Source: an uncultured delta proteobacterium
GTDB lineage: Bacteria > Myxococcota_A > Polyangia > Fen-1088
NCBI GenBank assembly: GCA_963755125.1
Contig: CAVWIP010000017.1
Coordinates: 352,001 to 416,000 of the forward strand
Direction of reading: 5' to 3'
Length of the DNA stretch: 64,000 bases
A program made the translations under genes and the position numbers. Below are positions 20,103-29,780 of the stretch, one piece after another. The notes under the pieces are model-generated. The model had not been told where the DNA came from, did no database searches, and was given only the letters and a program-made list of their open reading frames with translations. Within the stretch, counting starts at the first letter, position 1. Every line of letters starts with the position of its first letter.

Positions 20103-21380
20103 CTACTGGCAGGTCGTGCCCCCGCCAAAGCCTGCTGTGCAACGAAGACCAGCGTTACAAATCTGAAGCGGACAGCACGGATCGCCCGAGGCTCCGCAGG
20201 ACTGGCATGTGTAGGTCGCCCCGGCGCCGCCCCCGCCGCCGCTCTGCTGGCAGATCAGATTCATGGCGGAACATGTGCGGGCCGTGGCTGCCCCCGTTCC
20301 GCAGCAAGGTTCGTCAAGGCCGCCACAGGTCTGGCAAGTTTCTCCGCCGGCGCTTGCTGCACATCCCAGGCCACCCGCTGTACAGACCGGGTTGAGACCC
20401 TGGCCGTTATCGCAACACGGATCGCCGAGCGCACCGCACGCGACGCCGTTGAACACACAAGCGCCGGCGGAACAGGTGCCGCCTCCAAGACCGGCTGGGC
20501 ATGCGGCATTTGCGCCAATACAGGTGTTGGTCCTGGTGTTGCAGCATCCACCGTCTGAGCAAGAGTTGTCCATGCAGCAGGCGCCTCCAGCCTGACCGCA
20601 GGCAGTGCAGGTTGTTTGTCCTGCGCCGGTCATCGTGCACCTGGTCTGGGGGTCGTTGCATACAGTTCCGTCGCAGCAGGGCAGGCTGAGCTGGCCGCAA
20701 GTGACGGGGCTATCGACGCCGACATCTGGAGACGTGTCCGGGCGAACATCCGGGGGCGGTGGTGGAGCCTCCATGCCGCCATCCTGGATCGTCGTGGTTC
20801 CGCCGCTTGCGGCCGTTGTGCTACCAGTTGCTGCCGTGTTTCCGCCGGTTGCGGCTGTGGTTCCACCGGTTGCCGCTGTGTTTCCGCCGGTTGCGGCGGT
20901 CGTTCCACCAGTTGCAGCCGTGTTTCCGCCTGTCGCGGCTGTGTTTCCGCCGGTTGCGGCTGTGGTTCCACCAGTTGCAGCCGTGTTTCCGCCTGTCGCG
21001 GCCGTGTTTCCGCCGGTTGCGGCCGTGGTCCCGCCTGTCGCGGCGGTCGTTCCACCAGTTGCAGCCGTGGTCCCACCGATCGCGGGTGTCGTCCCGCCGG
21101 TCGCAGTCGTGACTCCTCCGGCCGCTGCGGTGGTTCCACCTGCCACAGTCCTCGTCCCGCCTGTTGCGGCGGTAGCTCCACCGGTCGTGCCCGTGTTTCC
21201 ACCGATCGCGGTGCGGGGTCCATCGGTCACAGAGCCAGGAGCATCTCGGCCCGCGTCGCCGCTGTAGAGCGTTCCGCTCGCATCGATCTTGCACCCCAGA
21301 ACGCCGATCGCCAGCCAGGCAGCACATCCCGCCGAACTCCGTCGTGTGAGAGAAAGCGAAGCGAGCTGATGCACTGACAT
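20103..21380 (-). CDS. Lipoprotein with Gly/Thr/Ala heptad stalk and Cys-rich C-terminal repeats
   Basis: GGAGG RBS, lipobox-like VLG-C, 20 GG(T/N)TAAT-like units, five CGxxxxxCC modules. Confidence 0.75.
   Translation of the reverse strand: MSVHQLASLSLTRRSSAGCAAWLAIGVLGCKIDASGTLYSGDAGRDAPGSVTDGPRTAIGGNTGTTGGATAATGGTRTVAGGTTAAAGGVTTATGGTTPAIGGTTAATGGTTAATGGTTAATGGNTAATGGNTAATGGTTAATGGNTAATGGNTAATGGTTAATGGNTAATGGTTAATGGNTAATGSTTAASGGTTTIQDGGMEAPPPPPDVRPDTSPDVGVDSPVTCGQLSLPCCDGTVCNDPQTRCTMTGAGQTTCTACGQAGGACCMDNSCSDGGCCNTRTNTCIGANAACPAGLGGGTCSAGACVFNGVACGALGDPCCDNGQGLNPVCTAGGLGCAASAGGETCQTCGGLDEPCCGTGAATARTCSAMNLICQQSGGGGGAGATYTCQSCGASGDPCCPLQICNAGLRCTAGFGGGTTCQ
20784..21203 (-). repeat. 21-bp coding tandem repeat, about 20 units
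   Basis: Units such as GCCGTGTTTCCGCCGGTTGCG, translating to GGNTAAT/GGTTAAT on the minus strand. Confidence 0.9.
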
Positions 21381-21583
21381 TGGTTGGCCTCCGATGGTTT
21401 TGCTGGTCGTCGATTCTTCGCTGAAGCCCCCCATAGAAATTAGTGTCGTCGAGAGCGCACTGGCTTCAACCATTCTGCCTTGCATGCGCAGGCACATAGT
21501 GGGCTCTTGTCTCACACGGGGATGAATCTGCCGGCGTCCCGACTCGCACCTTCTTCCTATGTTCGTCAGGTTTGCACGGCGGA

Positions 21584-21706
21584 CTAAGCGACGACCTCTC
21601 TGCGTCGCCACAGGTAGTAGATCGCCGGGTAGACCAGCAGTTCCATGGCAAAGGAGGTAGACAAACCGCCCACCATGGGAGCGGCGATGCGCTTCATGAG
21701 GTCCTC
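21584..21706 (-). pseudogene. cusA: C-terminal remnant of a CusA/CzcA-family RND permease
   Basis: MKRIAAPMVGGLSTSFAMELLVYPAIY is the characteristic CusA last TM helix; the preceding roughly 1000 aa are absent. Confidence 0.8.
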
Positions 21707-21740
21707 GGCGACCAGCTTCATCCCACAGTCGCGCGCTTGT

Positions 21741-22463
21741 TCATTGCCGATCCATGAGGTCCAGGCGGATCTCGCGCTCGGCGATAGCCAGCCGCTGCGC
21801 GGTTGCGACCGATTGCAGGAAGGCGCCGCGATCACCGTAGTAGCTTGCCAGCGCCTCCAGCACCGAGGCGAATGCGGCGCGGCCCACCTGGTATTGGGCC
21901 AGCGTGCTCTCCACCGTGGCCTCGGCTTGCACCAGCAGCCCCGAGCGATACAGACGGTTGCTTTCGATCGCCGCGGCCAGCGCCGCCGCTCGTTCGGCCA
22001 CACGCTGGCGCAACTGCTGACGCACGACTTCGCTGCCGCTGCGTGCACCGCGGCCGCGCGCCTCGCTCTCCGCGATGCCACGGGTTTGTTTGCGGCCGCT
22101 CCACAAAGGAATTCCGAACGAGACACCAGCCTGCCACATGGAATCGAACTGTCCCCAGCGGGGCATGACCGCTGCGTTCACCGTGATATCTGGCCAACGC
22201 TCTTTGCGTGCCAGTTCGACGTTTCGTTCCGCCCAGACGGCCGCAAGCTGCGCTTGCTTTAGCTCGGGGCTGTCAGCCTCGGCGTCAGCCTGCGCGCGTC
22301 GTAGGTCGGGCAGCTCGGGGTCGGGCAGATCGTCCAGGCTGCGCGCAGTCACCAGCGGTGCATCGAGATCGCGCCCGGTCAGTCGATTGAGCGCAATGAG
22401 CGCCCGTCGCTGCTCAGCCGTCAGGCTGGCGTGCTGCTGGCGCAAGCGGCTTCCTTCGAGCTG
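21741..22463 (-). pseudogene. N-terminally truncated TolC-family outer membrane efflux protein
   Basis: SPEL, ERWPDITV, GVSFGIPLW and YQVG...VLEA are TolC-type features. No signal peptide; fused out of frame to the cupredoxin fragment. Confidence 0.75.
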
Positions 22464-22647
22464 TGACGATCAGCCTCACAGGCTGGCCAGCCTTCACCTT
22501 GACCTGGGCCGGGATAAAGCCTTCGCCAGTAACTGAGATCTCGATCACCTGGGCGGCGCTCTTGGCAGGTGTGGCCTTGGCCAGCGTGGCGGAGGCAGAG
22601 AATGTGATGACCAAGGCGCCAATGACGGAAAACAGAGTGCTCTTCAT
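22461..22647 (-). pseudogene. Truncated cupredoxin-domain periplasmic protein
   Basis: AAGGAG RBS, signal peptide, IEISVTGEGFIPAQVKVKAGQPVRLIVT, then an abrupt switch to TolC-derived sequence. Confidence 0.7.
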
Positions 22648-22677
22648 CGCGGGTGCTCCTTCTTGAGATTCACAGTG

Positions 22678-22694
22678 AGCAACTGCCGTGCCGA
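22678..22694 (-). promoter_or_regulatory. Sigma-54 (-24/-12) promoter
   Basis: Minus strand TCGGCACGGCAGTTGCT fits GGCACG-N4-TTGCT, 30 nt upstream of ATG 22647 and next to a sigma-54 activator gene. Confidence 0.75.
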
Positions 22695-22776
22695 CGCCAG
22701 GCGCGGCGCCGATCCGCATGTTTCCAATGAGATAGCGGGGAAGCCGAGCCGCACTAACCGACCGCGAGGATTGTAG

Positions 22777-22795
22777 CGTAACGAGGGAAGTTACG
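22777..22795. promoter_or_regulatory. Candidate enhancer site (UAS) for the sigma-54 activator
   Basis: Perfect inverted repeat CGTAAC-N7-GTTACG, about 85-100 bp upstream of the sigma-54 promoter. Confidence 0.45.
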
Positions 22796-22897
22796 ATCAG
22801 TCGACGCCTCGACTCTGCTCGGGCAACTCCCGACGGGGGAAAGTGCATTCAGCGGCCCTGGTGTGAATTGACCGTTTCGGCTACACTGTAACCGCGA

Positions 22898-24367
22898 ATG
22901 TCACCGTCGGTTCTCAACCTTCTTGGCGCCCGTTCCGGAACCGCACGCCGGTTGGCGCTGGCGTTTGCGGCACTCGTCGCCCTGTTCGCCGTTGCCACGG
23001 CGATCGCGTTGCTCGGCTTCGCTCAGGTCAACCGCGGCCTGGCCCGGACGCGCGCACGCGTGGATAGCATGCGTTTGGCGTTGGACTTGGCCAGTGCCGT
23101 GCGCGACCAGTACGCGCACCAAGCCCACACCATCATCATCGGCAACGACAGCCATCTCGGTTTTTACGCCGAAGCCAAGGCTCGGGTTCTCACCCTGATC
23201 GAGGATTTGCGCCAGCGCGCGCAACGCCCCGACGAACGCGCTTGGGTCGACGACATCGAGGCAAGCGCTGCTGAACTGGACAGCGTCTTCAGCCGCCAGA
23301 TCGTGCCGGCTGTTCTGTCCGGCCGGATCGCGGACGCGCACGTCGAGCACGCGCGCGCCCTGGCCGCGGTCAGTCGCATTCAGGAGCGGACCGATCTCCT
23401 CGCCAAGCGCTTCGAAGATGCCATTGGGGAGCTGCAGTCATTCGCGCAGGCGACGCGCGACCGGACCGTGGCCTGGAGCGTGTTCTTCCTGGTGCTGGCG
23501 CCCCTTCTCGCCGGCGGTGTGGCCGTCTATTTGGGCCGCAAGGTGGCGCGGCCGGTGGCGCTTCTGCACACGGGCGCAGAACGGCTGGCAGCCGGTGATC
23601 TCGAAACGCGCATTGCGATTGGCGGCGACGACGAGTTCGGCGATCTGGCGCGCCAGTTCAACACCATGGTCGCGTCGATCAAAGAACAGCAGCACCGCCT
23701 TTTGCAGGCCGAACGCCTGGCCGGCGTGGGTCGCCTGGCCGCCGGTGTGGCGCACGAGATCAACAACCCGCTGGGCGTGATCCTGGGGTACACACGCTTG
23801 CTGCGCAAGAAGGCAGCCGGGCCGCTTGCCGACGATCTGTCAATAGTCGAGGAAGAGGTTCTGCGCTGTCAGGAGATCGTGGAAGGACTCCTCGATTTCT
23901 CCCGGCCCATCGAGGTCGGTACGCAGCCTGTCGACCTGCGTGCTCTGTGCGACGATGTGGTGGCACGGCTTGCGGAATCTCAGTCCGCGCCGGGCGTGGA
24001 GGTGACGGTCACAGGGCAGGGCGGCGTCGCGGGCACAGCGTCCAAGTTGCGTCAGGTGCTGTTCAACCTCATCAAGAACGCTGTCGAGGCGGCCGCGCCT
24101 TCGGGACGAGTAGACATCGTCGTGGCGGAGAGCAACGAGGATTCGCAGGTGACGGTTCGTGATTCAGGTTCCGGCCTCGACACCGAGGCGCGCGACCGCC
24201 TGTTTGAACCCTTCTTCACCAACAAGCCGCGCGGGACAGGCCTCGGCCTGGCGGTATCGCAAGCCATCGCAAGCGCCCACGGCGGCGAAATTGTCGCTGA
24301 GCCGGCTGGACCGGGCGGCGCCTGCCTTACGTTGCGCCTGCCGCGCCCCAAAGGAGGAACGACATGA
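22898..24367 (+). CDS. HAMP-domain sensor histidine kinase (possibly CorS-like copper sensor)
   Basis: Two TM helices, His-bearing periplasmic domain (YAHQAH...SH), AHEINNPL, NLIKNA, GTGLGL. Confidence 0.92.
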   Translation: MSPSVLNLLGARSGTARRLALAFAALVALFAVATAIALLGFAQVNRGLARTRARVDSMRLALDLASAVRDQYAHQAHTIIIGNDSHLGFYAEAKARVLTLIEDLRQRAQRPDERAWVDDIEASAAELDSVFSRQIVPAVLSGRIADAHVEHARALAAVSRIQERTDLLAKRFEDAIGELQSFAQATRDRTVAWSVFFLVLAPLLAGGVAVYLGRKVARPVALLHTGAERLAAGDLETRIAIGGDDEFGDLARQFNTMVASIKEQQHRLLQAERLAGVGRLAAGVAHEINNPLGVILGYTRLLRKKAAGPLADDLSIVEEEVLRCQEIVEGLLDFSRPIEVGTQPVDLRALCDDVVARLAESQSAPGVEVTVTGQGGVAGTASKLRQVLFNLIKNAVEAAAPSGRVDIVVAESNEDSQVTVRDSGSGLDTEARDRLFEPFFTNKPRGTGLGLAVSQAIASAHGGEIVAEPAGPGGACLTLRLPRPKGGTT

Positions 24368-25791
24368 ACCGGGCATCCGTGCTGGTGGTGGATGACAAGG
24401 AAAACATGCTCAAGCTGTTCGCCAAGATTCTGGGCGAGCAGCACAACCTCACCACAGCCAGCGATGGCGGCAAGGCGTTGGCGCTGATCGCGGAACACGA
24501 GTTCGACGTGGTGGTGACCGATCTCAAGATGCCGGGTGCCAGCGGCTTCACCGTGCTGGAATCGGTCAAGGCGCGCTGGCCCGAGACGGAGGTGATCCTG
24601 ATGACCGCCTACGGCTCGGTGCCCGACGCGGTCGAGGCCATGAAGCAGGGGGCGTACGACTACATCCAGAAGCCCTTTGATCCCGACGCTGCTGCGCTGG
24701 TTGTGGCGCGCGCCCTGGAGCGCCGGAGTCTGCGCGCGCAAACCATGAGTCTGCGCAAGGAGCTGGAAGGTGTGAACTCGTTCCACAACATGATTGGCAA
24801 GAGTCCGCCCATGCGCGAGGTGTACGGCCTGCTGGAACGGGCGGCGGGTCTCGATACCACCGTGCTGCTCACCGGGGAGACCGGCACCGGCAAGGAGCTG
24901 GCGGCGCGCGCGGTGCACTACCACAGCGAGCGCAAACACGATCGTTTCGTGCCGGTGAACTGCGGCGCGCTTCCAGGCGAATTGGTGGAAAGCGAGCTTT
25001 TCGGACACGCCAAGGGCGCCTTCACCGGCGCGGCCGCCAGCAAGCCGGGCCTGTTCGAGGAGGCTAGCCGCGGCACGCTGTTTCTCGACGAGGTGGGGGA
25101 ACTGCCACTGCCCATGCAGGTGAAACTCAATCGGGCTCTCCAGGACAAGGAAATCCGTCGCGTGGGTGAGAACACGCCGTTCTCGGTCAACGTGCGAATC
25201 ATCGCCGCCACCCACCGGGACCTCAAGGTCGAGGTGCAGGCGGGGCGGTTTCGCGAGGATCTCTTCTACCGCTTGCACGTCTTTCCCATCCGCATGCCGG
25301 CCTTGCGCGAACGGCGCGAAGACATCCCGGCGCTGGCGGCTCACTTCCTCGCCCAGCACGTCCGTACCTCGAAGCGCGAAATCGCGGGGATCGGCAACGC
25401 GGCCATTCGGGCGCTGGTGGCCTACAACTGGCCGGGCAACGTGCGCGAGTTGCAAAATGCCATCGAACGCGCGGTGGCCATAGCAGCCGGCAAGGAACTC
25501 GACATCCGTGATCTGCCCGCCGAGTTGCGAGGGGCGCAGGTGGGGGCGCTTCCCGCCGAGGTGCTGGTGAGGATGCCCTACCGCGAAGCCATGGAAACCG
25601 CGCGTGACCGCATTTCGCGCGAGTATCTCGCGGTTCTCATGCGCGAGTTCGACGGCAACGTGACCCGCGCCGCGGAACGGGCCGGCATCGAGCGCGAAAG
25701 TCTGCACCGCCTGCTCAAACGCTACGGCGTGCGCTCGGAGGACTACAAGAAAGCAGGGGAGGGAAGCGTGCGGGGCATCGATCGGGCGTGA
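24364..25791 (+). CDS. Sigma-54-dependent NtrC-family response regulator
   Basis: Receiver domain, GETGTGKE, GAFTGA, LFLDEV, WPGNVREL, Fis-type HTH. Confidence 0.96.
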   Translation: MNRASVLVVDDKENMLKLFAKILGEQHNLTTASDGGKALALIAEHEFDVVVTDLKMPGASGFTVLESVKARWPETEVILMTAYGSVPDAVEAMKQGAYDYIQKPFDPDAAALVVARALERRSLRAQTMSLRKELEGVNSFHNMIGKSPPMREVYGLLERAAGLDTTVLLTGETGTGKELAARAVHYHSERKHDRFVPVNCGALPGELVESELFGHAKGAFTGAAASKPGLFEEASRGTLFLDEVGELPLPMQVKLNRALQDKEIRRVGENTPFSVNVRIIAATHRDLKVEVQAGRFREDLFYRLHVFPIRMPALRERREDIPALAAHFLAQHVRTSKREIAGIGNAAIRALVAYNWPGNVRELQNAIERAVAIAAGKELDIRDLPAELRGAQVGALPAEVLVRMPYREAMETARDRISREYLAVLMREFDGNVTRAAERAGIERESLHRLLKRYGVRSEDYKKAGEGSVRGIDRA

Positions 25792-25866
25792 TCCGTCTGT
25801 CCTCCCGCTGACCTCTGCGGGCCCAGCGGTCAGCGGCTGTGTCGATGAGTGCGGATGCGCGTAGGT

Positions 25867-26496
25867 CTACCCAAGCAGAGCCAAACGCATTTCGTCGACG
25901 GTCGCGAACAGCATGTCCGGCGAATGGGCGCGCAGGGCATCCATGTCGGTGAAGCCCCACGCCACGGCGCCGCTCGCGATGCCGGCGTTGCGGGCTGCCT
26001 CGATGTCGCGAATCTCGTCGCCGATGAAGATGGCCTGGGCGGGGTGAATGCCCGTTTGGCGCAAGACCTTGCGCAACTTCGTGCGCTTGCCAAAGATGGA
26101 AACGCCTCCCTCGCAGGCCGCCACGAGTCCCATACTCTTCCTGCCGAGGACGCGACGAACATTTGAGCAGGAATTGGACGTCACCACCGCCAGGGTTGAG
26201 TCCGCCTGTGACAGCTGGCCGAACAGGTCGGCCACGCCCGGGAATGGAGCGATCGTCTTGATCTGCTTGGCCATCAATATTCGAAAACGGGCCGCGATGA
26301 AGGGCAGCTTCCATAGCGGCACATGGTGTAGTCTCAGCAGCGTCGCAGCATCGTGACGTCTGAGGGTGGCGACTTGGTCCCTGTCGATCCGATCGAACCC
26401 GAACTCGTCAGCCAGTCGGTCGGAAATGCCGATGAACCAGCCAAGACTATCAGCCAGCGTGCCGTCGAAATCGAAGATGATGAGTTTGAATCTCAA
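25867..26496 (-). CDS. HAD-superfamily hydrolase (phosphoglycolate phosphatase-like)
   Basis: FDFDGTLADS, VTSN, IGDEIRD. Confidence 0.9.
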   Translation of the reverse strand: MRFKLIIFDFDGTLADSLGWFIGISDRLADEFGFDRIDRDQVATLRRHDAATLLRLHHVPLWKLPFIAARFRILMAKQIKTIAPFPGVADLFGQLSQADSTLAVVTSNSCSNVRRVLGRKSMGLVAACEGGVSIFGKRTKLRKVLRQTGIHPAQAIFIGDEIRDIEAARNAGIASGAVAWGFTDMDALRAHSPDMLFATVDEMRLALLG

Positions 26497-26818
26497 GGGA
26501 CGCTCTCGGTCGGAGGCCAGACAAGCTAGATGACTGGAGTCAGAAGGGCAATCCAGAGTTCAGGCGTGGCCGAGTCACAGAAACTGACGCAGGCGATGGC
26601 CCACGTGAATCGAATTGTCGTATTGCTGCTGATACGATCACTCGGGGTTTTGCTGACACGCTGTGGTATAAGAAACAGAACTTGCGAATCAAGTTGAGTC
26701 ACTTTCACCTATCGGAAAACTTGGATATACTCGCGAAGAAAATGTGCCACGAGGTCAGGACGGCGATCCTTTCGCGGTCGCGGAACCATGTGCCCTTCTC
26801 GGTGCGCGAGGTCAGGTG

Positions 26819-28513
26819 ATGAAACACAGTCTTGCCGCAGCAGGCGCTCTCGCGGTTTTGATCATTGGATGTACGAAGGCGCGGCCTCTGGTCGATGACC
26901 CCCGCGCCTGTCCCAATTGGGAGCATGACATCGGGCCGCTCTTCCGGGAGAAATGTGGCTCGTGTCATTCGCCTGGCGACGGGGGCCAGGCGCAGGGAAG
27001 CTACGACATCACGACGTACAATCTCGCGCTGGGCACCGGGACGCCTCCCGACGTGATCGCAGGCGACGCAAACTGCACGCTTCTGTCCGTGCTCAATCCG
27101 GCAACGGCGACCGGCGGCCCGCACGAGGGCATGTCCGATGTGTACGCCGAGACGAAGAAATGGGTGGTCGACTGCCGAGCTGGTTACCTGGATGAGGCGA
27201 CCTCGGTGCACACCGCCGGAATTCTGGACCCGGCGCAACCTGACTATCACGGCACGATTCTGCTCAACTCCAACTTCAATTTCGGTCTCTGCCAGAAATG
27301 TCACGGCCAAGATTTTGCTGGTGGGGCGGCCGGGGTATCGTGTTTGCCGTGTCACCAGGGCTCGGTCGGTCTGCCGGCGGCGGACAATGTGATGATGAAC
27401 CCCGATGGCACGCCGGGCTGTGCAGCCTGCCACGCCGCCACGCCAGCCTCGGGCAAGCATGGGATCCACGTTGACGGTGGCCTGCTGGCCAAGCAATTCG
27501 CTTGTTCGACGTGCCACCCCGACCGTCAGAGTGCCCAGGATCATGCCTTTGCGTCAGACGGGTCGCTGCGCACTGGCCCGGCACAGGTCTCGCTGACCGG
27601 CCTGGCCGCGTTGACGCCGGCCGATGGAACGCGCGCGGGGCCGCCAGCCTGGGATGCCAACCTGCAGACGTGCAGCAATGTCTACTGCCATGGCGCCACC
27701 TACGCCGACTCGGCGGCGGTGACCAATAGCCCAAACTGGGAGGCGGCGGCGCGGCCCACCGCCCAAACCTGCACCTTCTGTCACGGCCTTCCGCCCAACG
27801 GCGCGGGCGGCACCCGCTGTTCGACCTGCCATTACAGCGTCGTCGATGCACAGGCCAACCTCGTCAGCACGAGCTTGCACCTCGATGGCACAGTCGAGTT
27901 CGCAGATGTGAACACGCCCTGCAGCACCTGCCACGGATCGGTCAATTCCCCTGCGCCGCCCCCCGATCTGGAAGGAAATACCGATTCGTCAGCCGTTGGC
28001 GTGGGCCAGCACCAGCGGCATGTGGTCGCGCCCGTCCTCAATATCCGTGGCCCGATTCAGTGCTCGGAGTGCCATCAAGTGCCCGCCGATGCAAGCACCC
28101 CTGGCCACTACGGCACGGGTCACGCGCCCGGCTCGGTCGCCGCGGCCGCGGTCTTCCCCAACGTCGCCGGCTCGGGGACCTTGGCCCGGGCCCAGGGCGC
28201 ATCGCCAGTTTGGAATTCCAGTTCGATGACTTGCACGGGTGCCTACTGTCATGGTGGTGGCGAGCCACTCAATACGGACACGACCCCGGGTATCGAACAG
28301 ACGCCCAACTGGGTTTCACCGGGTAGCGGCGCGTGCGGCGCCACCTGCCACGGCACGCCACCGCAGTTTTTGGGGCATCCGACAGGAATAGCTCGAACCG
28401 GGTGCGTTGCCTGCCATGCGAAGACTGTCGATGCCAACGGGAACATCATCTTCACGGGTCCTGCTGGAGCCCAGACCACGACCCACATGAACGGAGTCTT
28501 CGATGACGACTAG
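26819..28513 (+). CDS. Multiheme c-type cytochrome lipoprotein (CxxxxCH/CxxCH-domain type)
   Basis: Lipobox IIG-C; 10 CxxCH, 2 CxxxxCH (CSNVYCH, CTGAYCH) and 1 CxxxCH (CGATCH). Confidence 0.9.
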   Translation: MKHSLAAAGALAVLIIGCTKARPLVDDPRACPNWEHDIGPLFREKCGSCHSPGDGGQAQGSYDITTYNLALGTGTPPDVIAGDANCTLLSVLNPATATGGPHEGMSDVYAETKKWVVDCRAGYLDEATSVHTAGILDPAQPDYHGTILLNSNFNFGLCQKCHGQDFAGGAAGVSCLPCHQGSVGLPAADNVMMNPDGTPGCAACHAATPASGKHGIHVDGGLLAKQFACSTCHPDRQSAQDHAFASDGSLRTGPAQVSLTGLAALTPADGTRAGPPAWDANLQTCSNVYCHGATYADSAAVTNSPNWEAAARPTAQTCTFCHGLPPNGAGGTRCSTCHYSVVDAQANLVSTSLHLDGTVEFADVNTPCSTCHGSVNSPAPPPDLEGNTDSSAVGVGQHQRHVVAPVLNIRGPIQCSECHQVPADASTPGHYGTGHAPGSVAAAAVFPNVAGSGTLARAQGASPVWNSSSMTCTGAYCHGGGEPLNTDTTPGIEQTPNWVSPGSGACGATCHGTPPQFLGHPTGIARTGCVACHAKTVDANGNIIFTGPAGAQTTTHMNGVFDDD

Positions 28514-29780
28514 CCCCATCGGAGCACGGGCGGTTGTTCTTTGCTTGGCTGTGCTGGTCGGGGCGACGGGATTGGCCCGGGCAGAGATCGTCACCGGCAG
28601 CGCGACGACGATCATCTCGGGCCAGCGCGATCCACGCGACGGCACGGTCCATACCGTGGTGCCCTTCCTTGAGCTGGTTTCCCTGCGCGCCTCGGAGATC
28701 CAGAACCCGCTGTTCGACGACACGGAGCTCGTGGTTTCGGGCTGGGGTGAGGCCGTGGCGGGCGATCCGCGCGACGGAAAGAACGCGCTCGGCGACGTGG
28801 ACGTGGCATACCTACAAGGCTCGACCTGGCATCAGCGCGTGACCCTGCGGCTCGGCCGACAGTTCGTGTTTTCGGGGACCGCGGCCAACGTGCAACTGGA
28901 TGGACTGGCCCCCGCGCTGCGCTTGGGGGCGGGCTTCGGCGTGTCAGGATTCGTCGGCGTCCCGGTGACTCCACGTTTCGGCTACAGCCGGGGCCAATTT
29001 GCAACCGGGGCCAGAGCGTTCTGGAGCCGTTCATACGAATCACAGGTAGGCGTGTCGATCTTGGAAATTCTCGGGACCGGCCAGCAGGTGTTCCGCCGGG
29101 ATGCAGGAGTAGACGCCAACTATCGGCTTCTGGATTCGCTCGCGCTCAGTGGGCTGGCACGATGGAGCATCCCCGAGGCCCGGATGGCTGAGGCCGATGC
29201 GGCGGTCAACTGGCGGCCTTGTCGCTATGTCGACGTGACAACGGACTACCGGCGCACGGCCCCAGACCTTTTCTTGCCGCGCTATTCGCTGTTCGCGGTT
29301 TTTGCCCAGGAGACGCGTGACGAGTTTGGCGGCTTTGTTGCTCTGCGGCCGTGGCTTCGGCGCCTGGATTTGCAAGGCGACTTCCACGAAGTTCACGACG
29401 CCAGTGGATGGGGTTGGGATGCCGACGGAAAGGCCACTGTGCGTCTTGGCAGCGGCGGGGGAACCCGCGTCGGCGTGGAGAGTCGGCGGCTGAAGATCCC
29501 GGGCGGGGGCTATCTGATGGGCCGCGCTTTTGGCTGGCAAACCATCACCACGAAGATTCGCGTGGTTGCCGATTTCGATGCCTACGACCTGGATCAACCG
29601 CTGAACGGACAGGATCGTTCATATTTCGGATCAGGCAGTCTGGTGTATGACATGGCGCCGGCCTGGCGCGCGGTGCTTACCGGAATGGACAATGTGACCC
29701 CCTATGCGACTCATCAGATCCAGGGCCTGCTCAAGATCGTTTACGAAGGAGGTCGAGTGGTGAGGGAGGTCACGCCATGA
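28503..29780 (+). CDS. Probable outer-membrane beta-barrel (porin) of a porin-cytochrome cluster
   Basis: Signal peptide, alternating amphipathic beta-strand pattern, LRLGRQ motif, no heme motifs. Overlaps both flanking cytochrome genes. Confidence 0.72.
   Translation: MTTSPIGARAVVLCLAVLVGATGLARAEIVTGSATTIISGQRDPRDGTVHTVVPFLELVSLRASEIQNPLFDDTELVVSGWGEAVAGDPRDGKNALGDVDVAYLQGSTWHQRVTLRLGRQFVFSGTAANVQLDGLAPALRLGAGFGVSGFVGVPVTPRFGYSRGQFATGARAFWSRSYESQVGVSILEILGTGQQVFRRDAGVDANYRLLDSLALSGLARWSIPEARMAEADAAVNWRPCRYVDVTTDYRRTAPDLFLPRYSLFAVFAQETRDEFGGFVALRPWLRRLDLQGDFHEVHDASGWGWDADGKATVRLGSGGGTRVGVESRRLKIPGGGYLMGRAFGWQTITTKIRVVADFDAYDLDQPLNGQDRSYFGSGSLVYDMAPAWRAVLTGMDNVTPYATHQIQGLLKIVYEGGRVVREVTP

Noticed and set aside
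20784..21203. Regular repeat considered as a CRISPR array
   Set aside because: Contiguous in-frame 21-bp units with no unique spacers and no cas genes; it is a coding tandem repeat.
26526..26708. 60-aa ORF in the lower-GC intergenic region
   Set aside because: No RBS or motif and atypical codon usage; more likely the regulatory region of the cytochrome cluster.
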